DNA of 64,000 nucleotides from a virus: positions 32,001 to 96,000 of IMG/VR virus record IMGVR_UViG_3300025789_001072; one strand, 5' to 3'. The notes beneath the pieces were generated by a model. The model was not told the origin of the DNA. It searched no databases and saw only the letters and a program-made list of their open reading frames with translations. Shown piece by piece: positions 56,163 through 64,000 of this stretch (within the stretch, counting starts at the first letter, position 1; each line of letters starts with the position of its first letter). The position numbers were made by a program, and so were the translations under genes.

Positions 56163-56431
56163 TAGGCTAAACCTACCAACACATCTGCTTCAACTGGCAA
56201 CATAACGTGACGACATGCGTCTGGACTGCCTAAGAAACCTTGCGGTCTTAATCCTACAAGAACGCTTGCACTGCCCAATACAATAGGATTGGCAGGATGC
56301 AAATGTGGATGCGGAGTAACCATATCACCAAAACGGCTTGATGGTCTGCCGTTCATGATGACAGTGGGATCACCTTGAAATGATACTCCACCACCGCTGT
56401 TAAAAGTTCCAAATTTTGCTGGAATAGGCAT
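56162..56431 (-). CDS. PAAR-domain spike tip protein
   Basis: GDPTVIMNGRPSSRFGD..PH, GSASV and D.C.H motifs. Confidence 0.85.
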   Translation of the reverse strand: MPIPAKFGTFNSGGGVSFQGDPTVIMNGRPSSRFGDMVTPHPHLHPANPIVLGSASVLVGLRPQGFLGSPDACRHVMLPVEADVLVGLA

Positions 56432-56441
56432 TGACTCTCCT

Positions 56442-56738
56442 TTAGGCAGTAGCCAACGTCAGTCCTGTCGTTTTAGAAAGATACTGAGTGGCAATATCGC
56501 TTTCAGTTTTACCAGAAAGAACAACTGCTCTCTTATTTAACACAATCGTATCTGAGGGTCCAATACTATAAACTGCTGGCGCTAATCCAAATCCACCTTG
56601 TGGAGTAACAATCATAACCAGTGGCTTTAGCAACGTGTAAGTAGTAGCATCACTTTCACTAACACGACTAATGATTTCTTCGCCAGTGACAGTCTTAAAG
56701 GTATAGACAGTATTCTTGTCAGTCTTATTGATTAGCAT
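56442..56738 (-). CDS. conserved phage Sm-like protein
   Basis: KTVTGEEIISR...Y...TTG pattern. Confidence 0.65.
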   Translation of the reverse strand: MLINKTDKNTVYTFKTVTGEEIISRVSESDATTYTLLKPLVMIVTPQGGFGLAPAVYSIGPSDTIVLNKRAVVLSGKTESDIATQYLSKTTGLTLATA

Positions 56739-56976
56739 TCTTTCTTTCCTGTAATTCGTTGATAGACAATTTACTTAGTCCACTGTAACCGCCCTCTACT
56801 AAAAGTTTGTCGTTGAAGTAAATCTGCGGCACAGTCTTATGACCTTCGGCTACAAGCCAATCACGAACACCCTCATCATTGATATGAACTTCAGTATATT
56901 CTTCACCCCAACTGTTTAGTAGATGTTTTGCTCCATCGCAATATGGGCAGTTATCTTTTGTATAAAGTGTAATCAT
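56725..56976 (-). CDS. glutaredoxin (ribonucleotide reductase redoxin)
   Basis: CPYC, TVPQI and GGY motifs. Confidence 0.93.
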   Translation of the reverse strand: MITLYTKDNCPYCDGAKHLLNSWGEEYTEVHINDEGVRDWLVAEGHKTVPQIYFNDKLLVEGGYSGLSKLSINELQERKNANQ

Positions 56977-56979
56977 TGA

Positions 56980-58098
56980 TTATTCCTTTTCTATTACTTC
57001 TATTTTCCAATTTTTTGCTTTGCCACGATTTGGTATTCTATTATATAGATATGCGGCGTGAATGGTTGCAAAACTTAAATTTAATTTTTCACATAGTCCT
57101 TTAAGATTTCCAACCTGTTGATATACTTTACCCGTTGGAGATGTAAGTTTCCAATGGTTGCTAAAATAATGGTTTTCACCAGTTGGCATTATTCTATTTT
57201 CTTTAATTTTTTGTATAGTTTCTGGGCTATGATGTTTACCATACATTGGATTATTGCTGCCAGCAGTAAGTTCTCTAAACTTTGCACGAGTTTCTTCACT
57301 GTGCGTTTTAGGTCCATAACCGCCTCGATCTTTCTGCAATTGCGAACGCTTGGCTCTTTGGATTTCTGCACCTTCTTTGCCATATATTTGTTCATAAGTT
57401 TTTCCCTTATGATTTGGTGGTCTTGCATCTAAACATACATTTGTTAAAATACCATAAGGTTCATATCCCTTGCGACCATATCGCAATATTAAATCTTCTT
57501 CCATTTTATAAGCAAGATTTTCATCAATAATATCTTCTGCAAGATATTCAACTTGTGGTTCTAATCCTGCTTTTCTAATAGCATCAATTTTATTTTCTTT
57601 GTGAATATTATCACTTCTTGACATATCCCAAAGATGGGTTTGTGCTCTTTTTCCAGTCCCCTTGCCAATATAAAAAGGCATATTGTTTCTTGGGTCTATC
57701 AGAGCATATATATAATACATAATTTCAATCTCCTGATTATATTTATCAAGAGATAGAGAATATATATTATTTGTGATATATTTTTGTATATTATTTTTTA
57801 ATTTGGCAAATACATTTGTATTTCTTTTATCAGCAAATGGAGTAATATCTATCAAGTTCCCATCACTATCTTGCCATACACTATGTAGTATTGCTTGATA
57901 TCCCCACGCACTTTCTAAAAAGTAATAGCCAAGTATTTTTTTACCACCGTGTCCAAGAATATAATTTTTTACATTCGTATGGCATATATTTTCTTCACAA
58001 CTTGCGTCAGGATTGGTTGGAATATTTCCCAACCAATCACAGCCAATATTACGAGCAAAGTCAGCAACACCATTTACTGACGGTATCAACCAAATCAC
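56980..58098 (-). CDS. GIY-YIG homing endonuclease with NUMOD3 repeats, in frame with an unrelated N-terminal domain
   Basis: YIY...PFYIGKG...R...H, HSEETR and NPMYGKHHS motifs; second start at 57720 with AGGAG RBS. Confidence 0.8.
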   Translation of the reverse strand: MIWLIPSVNGVADFARNIGCDWLGNIPTNPDASCEENICHTNVKNYILGHGGKKILGYYFLESAWGYQAILHSVWQDSDGNLIDITPFADKRNTNVFAKLKNNIQKYITNNIYSLSLDKYNQEIEIMYYIYALIDPRNNMPFYIGKGTGKRAQTHLWDMSRSDNIHKENKIDAIRKAGLEPQVEYLAEDIIDENLAYKMEEDLILRYGRKGYEPYGILTNVCLDARPPNHKGKTYEQIYGKEGAEIQRAKRSQLQKDRGGYGPKTHSEETRAKFRELTAGSNNPMYGKHHSPETIQKIKENRIMPTGENHYFSNHWKLTSPTGKVYQQVGNLKGLCEKLNLSFATIHAAYLYNRIPNRGKAKNWKIEVIEKE

Positions 58099-59198
58099 AA
58101 ACTAAATCCACTGAACGAATTACTATCAACATCTTGCTTGGTTCCACCAATAACATAACTTGAAATTTGCGTTTGTTGTGGAGCCACTTGAACATCTGCG
58201 CCAGCAATCCACTTTTGTGTCCATGGCAGTGGATTATTCTTTGTAGGATATACCGCACCAAGACCGATTGCTTGCATACGCTTGTTGGCAATAAACTCAA
58301 CATATTCAGCAAGTAGTTGGTAGTTCAATCCAATCATAGAACCATCCTTGAACAAATATTTTGCCCATGCCTTTTCTTGATTGACAGCATCATCAAATAA
58401 CTTGATGGCTTCATCACGACATTCTATTTCAATCTTTTCAAATGCTGGGTCATCTTTGGGAAGAAGTTTAAGAAGTGTCTGTGTGCCAGCGAGATGTAGA
58501 TTTTCATCACGAGCAATCAACTTAATAATCTTTGCATTGCCTTCCATTTTCTTCAATTCAGCAAATGCCCAAGAGCAAGCAAATGACACATAGAAGCGAA
58601 CACCTTCAAGAATGTTTACGCTCATAAGTGCAAGCCAAAGTGCCTTCTTGTGTTCATATAAAGCAAATCCAGGATGTTCCTTATCTGCATAAAAATTGTT
58701 CATTTCAATTAACTTGTCATAAAGTGCAGTAATATCGCCAGCACAATCAACAATTTCTTGAATATCCATCAGTTCATCAAAGATTTTACTTGGATTGGCA
58801 TACACATTACGGATAATATGAGTATATGAACGAGAGTGAATAGTTTCACTGAATGTCCAAGTAGTAATCCAAGTTTCTAATTCTGGCAAAGAGCAAATAG
58901 GACCAAATGCCACTGCTGGCGCACGACCTTGCACAGAATCAAGAAGAATCTGTCGCTTTAAATTGCTTGTAAAGATATGTTGTTCATTTGCCGTTAAGTC
59001 TTTGAAATCTTTGGCATCACGAAGAATATCAACTTCTTCTGGTCGCCAAAAGAATCCTAACTGCTTATCGGTCAGTTTATCAAACTGCTTATACTTTAGC
59101 GTATCATAGCGTTGGATACTTACACCGCCGTTAGGGTCTAGGAATGCTAGTGACTTTGTGTGGTCGCTCTTGTCGTTTGCGTCAAATACCGTGCTCAT
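58095..59198 (-). CDS. nrdB: ribonucleotide reductase class Ia beta subunit
   Basis: FFWRPEE, LDSVQGR, ETIHSRSY, EGVRFY and RDENLH motifs. Confidence 0.97.
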   Translation of the reverse strand: MSTVFDANDKSDHTKSLAFLDPNGGVSIQRYDTLKYKQFDKLTDKQLGFFWRPEEVDILRDAKDFKDLTANEQHIFTSNLKRQILLDSVQGRAPAVAFGPICSLPELETWITTWTFSETIHSRSYTHIIRNVYANPSKIFDELMDIQEIVDCAGDITALYDKLIEMNNFYADKEHPGFALYEHKKALWLALMSVNILEGVRFYVSFACSWAFAELKKMEGNAKIIKLIARDENLHLAGTQTLLKLLPKDDPAFEKIEIECRDEAIKLFDDAVNQEKAWAKYLFKDGSMIGLNYQLLAEYVEFIANKRMQAIGLGAVYPTKNNPLPWTQKWIAGADVQVAPQQTQISSYVIGGTKQDVDSNSFSGFSL

Positions 59199-59232
59199 TA
59201 TATCACCTCAATTTTAATAATTATGTCATATT

Positions 59233-59946
59233 TTATAGTATATTGCAATCTTTTTTAGTTATAAATTCATATAATTCGTTGGCTAATATATGTTGACCTT
59301 CTGGTGAAATATGATAACCAGGGTCATCTTCACCTATTAATTTATAATCATGATATATTTCCTGAAATCCCAATCGTTGAGGTAAGAAATATCTATCAGT
59401 AAACCAATCAGGCATTCCCAATTCACCATCAATATTAAACCATGGATTATAATAGAATTTAATACCTAACTCGTGTAAGGCCCACAATCCTTCTTGCAAC
59501 ACATATCGATCAAGTTGTCGTTGCCAATTAACATCATGCAAATAAGTTGCATATTGCGCTGCGGCCTCTTTTGCTTCCTTTGTCAATCCACGCATTCTAC
59601 GATGTATTGGTCCATCAATGATATTCACTAATGTTTCGCTTAACATCACGCTATCGGGCGTAGCATCATAATTAAAATCACGCAATCTTAACTTGTTGCT
59701 TGATTTAGCATTAGGATTTCTAGGTAATATAATACGGTCTGAACTAGTAGCCCCGATTATTACAACGTCAGATTTAAGTCTAATGGCTTCATCTATTTGA
59801 ATTCTTATTGCGCCATTGCTTATGCCTTGCCTGGCAAGATTATGCAATTCTGCATTCATCTTGCCAGCCAATATTTCACTCCAGTGCGTATTGGGAGCCT
59901 TAGTTGCAACAGCACTAAAACTACATCCACAAACTGCTAACTTCAT
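59233..59946 (-). CDS. SGNH hydrolase-like protein
   Basis: VCGCSF, NLARQG.SN and DPGYH motifs. Confidence 0.65.
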   Translation of the reverse strand: MKLAVCGCSFSAVATKAPNTHWSEILAGKMNAELHNLARQGISNGAIRIQIDEAIRLKSDVVIIGATSSDRIILPRNPNAKSSNKLRLRDFNYDATPDSVMLSETLVNIIDGPIHRRMRGLTKEAKEAAAQYATYLHDVNWQRQLDRYVLQEGLWALHELGIKFYYNPWFNIDGELGMPDWFTDRYFLPQRLGFQEIYHDYKLIGEDDPGYHISPEGQHILANELYEFITKKDCNIL

Positions 59947-59968
59947 AATATTACCTTAATTTTAATTA

Positions 59969-60727
59969 TTATATTGTTTTGTTAACATCAAATATAATTT
60001 TAATATTACCATTATTATCATGATAATATATCGGAGATAAATCTAAAATAAGAAAATCAATGTATTTTTTGTATTTTTTTTCTAAATTTTGTAAAACTTC
60101 AATAATATATTCGTGAGTAATATGCCAATTTGATTGATTAATGTCAGTTGTTCCAAACAATTTTAATAATGTTTTTTCATCGGTGTATTCTATCATTTTC
60201 CCAACATTGAATGTTATAAATCCTCTTCCATTTTTTTTAAAAATAGAAACAAATTTGAGAAATTGTTTCTTGATATTTGTAATTGGTATAAAATGCAATG
60301 AATTGATTGCCCATGCATATTCAACAAAATTTTTATTTTTTTCAGAAAATTCTTCAAATGTAATTTGCAAATCAGGGTGAGTTAGTAATGAATATACAGT
60401 ATAATCGTCGGAAATAAATTTTTCGTTATTTTTTCGAATTGGGTATGGTTCTATTGCAACAATACTAACAATATCTTTTAACAAAAGTTTAAAATAACTA
60501 TTTCCAGCGCCAATATCATAAATTACATTTGGGTTCTGTCTCACTATATAATCCAAGTAATAATATATAATATGATTTGATTTATAATCTATTAAATCTC
60601 TTGGTCGATAATCAACAATATTTTTTAAGTATGACTGAATATCAAACGTTTTAATCGCCTCATAGTAGTTACTTTGATAAAAAGTTTCAATAAATTGATC
60701 TTGATTATCAAATAAATTATTAGACAT
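59969..60727 (-). CDS. class I SAM-dependent methyltransferase-like protein (AT-rich)
   Basis: IYDIGAG, AIEP and INSLHF motifs. Confidence 0.65.
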   Translation of the reverse strand: MSNNLFDNQDQFIETFYQSNYYEAIKTFDIQSYLKNIVDYRPRDLIDYKSNHIIYYYLDYIVRQNPNVIYDIGAGNSYFKLLLKDIVSIVAIEPYPIRKNNEKFISDDYTVYSLLTHPDLQITFEEFSEKNKNFVEYAWAINSLHFIPITNIKKQFLKFVSIFKKNGRGFITFNVGKMIEYTDEKTLLKLFGTTDINQSNWHITHEYIIEVLQNLEKKYKKYIDFLILDLSPIYYHDNNGNIKIIFDVNKTI

Positions 60728-63033
60728 TAAATTGTACAACTTTCACAATTCTCTTGATCATCAAGAGTAGCAAATGCAGCAGCCAGTGGTTGTTCTTGAG
60801 ACAACTTGTTGACATCAATCTCACCTTGACCATCATTAGTATTAAAATAATACAGTGTTTTGATGCCATATTTGTAGCATAGAAGAATATGCCCAAGCAT
60901 TTCACTCATTGGAATCTTTTCATCTTCATAATGAGCAGGATTATATGAAGTGTTTGTTGAAATACTCTGATCAATATACTTCTGTAGTACAGCAACTAGT
61001 TTCAAATAACCTTCTGGTGATTTCTGATCCCATAGAAGTTCATACTTGTTTTTTAACTTACGGAACTCTGGAACAACTTGCTTCAACACACCATGTTTAC
61101 TCTGCTTAATGGAAATAAGCGAACGAGGCGGTTCAATGCCGTTTGTAGCATTAGCAACCTGTGCTGATGTTTCTGCTGGCATAAGTGCCATAAGAGTAGA
61201 ATTACGAATACCATGTTCACGAAGACTTGCACGAAGTGATACCCAATCCATACGCTCCACATGTGGCACAAGTTCATCAACTTCACGCTTATATGTGTCA
61301 ATAGGCAGAATACCCGCACCATACTTTGTTTCATCGTTTTTTGGCGCAGCACCACGTTCAATAGCAAGTTGATTGCTTGCACGAATAAGATAATAACTCC
61401 ATGCCTCTGCATATTCATCAACGAGTGCCAACGCACGAGGATCACTATAACTCATATCATTCTTGGCAAGAAAATATGCAAAGTTAATTATTCCTACGCC
61501 TAGTGGACGACGATTCATAGTGCTCATCTGTGCTGCAATAACTGGATAGTTCTGGTAGTCAAGTAGCGCATCAAGACCACGAACCGCAAGGTCACACATC
61601 TTTTCAAAGTCTTTTGGTTCTTTAACATTGCCCCAATTAATCGCAGAGAGTGTGCAAAGTGAGATTTCACCTTCTTCATCAAAGATATGATTAAGTGGTT
61701 TTGTAGGCAATGCAATCTCAGCACACAAATTACTTTGCTTGATTACGGCTTTACTTTCAATAAACGCACCATGGGTGTTAGCATGATCAACATTCATAAG
61801 ATAAATGCGACCTGTATTCTTGCGCTCTTCCATGAACTGCGAGAACAAATCAATTGCTTTATAGGTTTTCTTGCGAATCTTTGGATTCTTCTCTGCCTTC
61901 TCATACAGTTCCTTGAACTTATCTTGGTCAGCAAAGAACGCATCATACAAACCAGGCACATCGCTAGGTGAGAAGCAAGTGATATCACCGCCACTTAACA
62001 GACGCTCATACATAAGTTTGTTAAACTGAACACCATAATCCATCTGGCGAATACGGTTATCTTCTGTTCCTTTATTGTTCTTGAGAACTAATAAATCTTC
62101 TACTTCATAGTGCCATAGCGGATAATAAAGAGTAGCAGCACCGTTACGAACACCGCCTTGTGAGCATGATCTAACTGCTGCTTGGAACATCTTATAGAAT
62201 GGAATTAAGCCTGTATGAGAGGCATCGCCACGACGAATAGGTGAGCCGATAGCACGAATAGAACCCGCCCCAATGCCAATGCCAGCCTTTTGTGAGACAT
62301 ACTTAACAATGGCACTGCTTGTTGCATTAATGCTGTCTAAACTGTCGCCAGTTTCAATCAATACACAAGATGAGAACTGACGCTGTGGTGTGCGAAGACC
62401 TGCCATAATTGGCGTCGGTAACGAGATATCATGCTTAGAAATAGCATCATAATAATCACGAACATACTTTAGGCGTGTTTCTTGTGGATACTTGGCAAAT
62501 AGAGTTGCTGCAATGAGTGCATAAGCAACCTGTGGAGTTTCCATAATTTCGCCAGTAACACGATTCTGCACCAGGTATTTGCCACGAAGTTGTTCCATTG
62601 CAACATAGGTAAGTTGCATATCACGTTCATGTTCAACAAACTTATTGATGCTTGCCCATTCTTCTTCTGTATAATCACTTAGTAGATTAGCATCATAGAA
62701 ACCGCTGCCTACATTCTTCTTGATAATATCAATTAGCGGAAGCGGTTGATAGTCATTATATACTTGCTTGCGAAGATGATAATTTACAAGACGACCAGCA
62801 ACATATTGATAATTTGGCGCTTCTTCTGAAATAAGATCAGCAGCAGCCTTAATTAACGTTTCCTGTACCTCAGTAGTTTTAATGTTATTATAAAATTGAA
62901 TTTGACTTCTAATTTCTAATTCACTTGCACTTACACCGCTTAGGTTTTCAGTTGCCCAAAATACTACCTTGTGAAGTTTTTCAATATCCAATGGTTCCTT
63001 GCGACCATCACGCTTAATAACATTGATTGGCAT
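60727..63033 (-). CDS. nrdA: ribonucleotide reductase class Ia alpha subunit with ATP cone
   Basis: VIKRDG, SSCVL, SNLCAEI, TLYY and C-terminal CESC motifs; no intein or intron seen. Confidence 0.97.
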   Translation of the reverse strand: MPINVIKRDGRKEPLDIEKLHKVVFWATENLSGVSASELEIRSQIQFYNNIKTTEVQETLIKAAADLISEEAPNYQYVAGRLVNYHLRKQVYNDYQPLPLIDIIKKNVGSGFYDANLLSDYTEEEWASINKFVEHERDMQLTYVAMEQLRGKYLVQNRVTGEIMETPQVAYALIAATLFAKYPQETRLKYVRDYYDAISKHDISLPTPIMAGLRTPQRQFSSCVLIETGDSLDSINATSSAIVKYVSQKAGIGIGAGSIRAIGSPIRRGDASHTGLIPFYKMFQAAVRSCSQGGVRNGAATLYYPLWHYEVEDLLVLKNNKGTEDNRIRQMDYGVQFNKLMYERLLSGGDITCFSPSDVPGLYDAFFADQDKFKELYEKAEKNPKIRKKTYKAIDLFSQFMEERKNTGRIYLMNVDHANTHGAFIESKAVIKQSNLCAEIALPTKPLNHIFDEEGEISLCTLSAINWGNVKEPKDFEKMCDLAVRGLDALLDYQNYPVIAAQMSTMNRRPLGVGIINFAYFLAKNDMSYSDPRALALVDEYAEAWSYYLIRASNQLAIERGAAPKNDETKYGAGILPIDTYKREVDELVPHVERMDWVSLRASLREHGIRNSTLMALMPAETSAQVANATNGIEPPRSLISIKQSKHGVLKQVVPEFRKLKNKYELLWDQKSPEGYLKLVAVLQKYIDQSISTNTSYNPAHYEDEKIPMSEMLGHILLCYKYGIKTLYYFNTNDGQGEIDVNKLSQEQPLAAAFATLDDQENCESCTI

Positions 63034-63046
63034 TTTATTTTCTCTT

Positions 63047-63505
63047 TCAAATTTTTAAATTTTTATGTGTTACGATGTTTATGAGTTCTGCCGATTCGGG
63101 GACAGAGAGACTATTTACAACCTCGCCTATATTGTAATTAAGCGTATATAATCCGTCTTCACATCGCAATAAATTAAGGTATTCATGATTTTTTCTATCC
63201 TTGTAAATCTCTATTTTCATAGTATCACGAAACGGATAAGAAGTATAGTATAAAGTGTAAAACATACCAAGAGCACGTGCTATATCGCAATAATTACCTT
63301 CACTAACCAAGGTCCAAGGATCAGGCCAGTCTCTGCAATCATCGTATTCAAGATAATTTGGAATAATTGGGCATTTAGCCCAATCTTGTGCTATGGTTTG
63401 CAAATGGTTGCTTGCAATATTGCGACGATATTCTCGCCATTGTAATATTCTATCTGCAGAATTACCACTAAACCAGTTATAACATTTCGAGGTATCTGAT
63501 AGCAT
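63047..63505 (-). CDS. conserved phage hypothetical protein
   Basis: R...WREYR, WPDPWTL and LGMFYTL motifs; start uncertain. Confidence 0.7.
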   Translation of the reverse strand: MLSDTSKCYNWFSGNSADRILQWREYRRNIASNHLQTIAQDWAKCPIIPNYLEYDDCRDWPDPWTLVSEGNYCDIARALGMFYTLYYTSYPFRDTMKIEIYKDRKNHEYLNLLRCEDGLYTLNYNIGEVVNSLSVPESAELINIVTHKNLKI

Positions 63506-64000
63506 AATTGAGGAGACCTGTTCCATTTCCATCTGATGTATAAGTTAAATCGGTTCCATTGAAACCAAATGTTACTCCAACATCCGAATTTTGAGTGCTA
63601 TCATCATCTATACCATATACACCACTAGAAGTCAAACTAAATTTAACCATACCAGTACGAACACCGCCGTTTCGTGAAATACTATAATCTATGAACATAT
63701 TGGCTATTACACCAGTAAATCCATCATCATAACCAGTACCCAACACAGCAGTAGTACTTGCAGCAATTGATAAACTTTTACCGTTGTTGTGTTGTATTGT
63801 TCCTAATCGTAAGGCTTCGCTGTAATTCCATTCACTAGTATTTGCTGTTTCTGATACTTTGTTTAAGTCGCTTCTATCATAACTATCACCGATAGTTGCG
63901 CAACCAACAGCAGTGTTATCCCAATAAATTACTGGTGTAGACGGGGTAGATGCACCATTTAAGTGATCGCCAACATCTTTAAAATAATTTGTTAAACTAG
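63477..64000 (-). CDS. C-terminal part of a probable virion structural protein (start lies beyond the window)
   Basis: frame open from the window end (SLTNYFKDVGD...IDYSISR...YLEML*). Confidence 0.65.
   Translation of the reverse strand, partial: SLTNYFKDVGDHLNGASTPSTPVIYWDNTAVGCATIGDSYDRSDLNKVSETANTSEWNYSEALRLGTIQHNNGKSLSIAASTTAVLGTGYDDGFTGVIANMFIDYSISRNGGVRTGMVKFSLTSSGVYGIDDDSTQNSDVGVTFGFNGTDLTYTSDGNGTGLLNYAIRYLEML

Noticed and set aside
281-62678. Numerous 60-180 aa antisense or alternate-frame ORFs in the track (e.g. 8888-9337, 37954-38502, 54022-54447)
   Set aside because: Shadows of well-supported genes, with no motifs or RBS
58095-63033. Introns or inteins in nrdA/nrdB
   Set aside because: Both ORFs are continuous and of normal class Ia length
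1-64000. CRISPR array or cas genes
   Set aside because: No regularly spaced direct repeats and no Cas motifs seen by eye
1-64000. Stop-codon reassignment
   Set aside because: Known genes are full length in the standard code; TAG ends genes (29868, 54888) and TGA ends nrdB; no suppressor tRNA seen

Overview
A 64-kb segment of a large, AT-rich, T4-like or jumbo dsDNA phage genome using the standard genetic code, with most genes on the minus strand. The host is probably an alphaproteobacterium, inferred from a permuted tmRNA, a ROSE-like element, a PlcP-Agt pair and a phasin-like gene with a PhaR-like box. Contents: 7 tRNA genes, a circularly permuted two-piece tmRNA, nrdA/nrdB/glutaredoxin, PAAR and baseplate genes, GH19 endolysin and SleB-like hydrolase, three homing-endonuclease-like genes, a helicase plus two methyltransferases, and many host-like genes (metK, speD, guaC, rpsU, clpS, Hsp20, RimK-like, uvsE, sugar-tailoring enzymes). 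The most notable signals are four. (1) A family of tRNA-shaped RNA modules: a 50-nt mini-tRNA inserted in the tRNA-Leu anticodon loop, a cloverleaf intervening segment in the tmRNA, and two free-standing 133- and 194-nt tRNA-like ncRNAs. (2) A csgF-csgG-curlin-FecR-curlin operon near a CHASE2 adenylate cyclase, with a stand-alone paralogue of the cyclase C-terminus. (3) A PlcP-Agt phospholipid-to-glycolipid remodelling pair. (4) Several enzymes sharing a T4-style capsid-targeting N-terminus. All calls come from reading motifs by eye; no database search or folding program was run.
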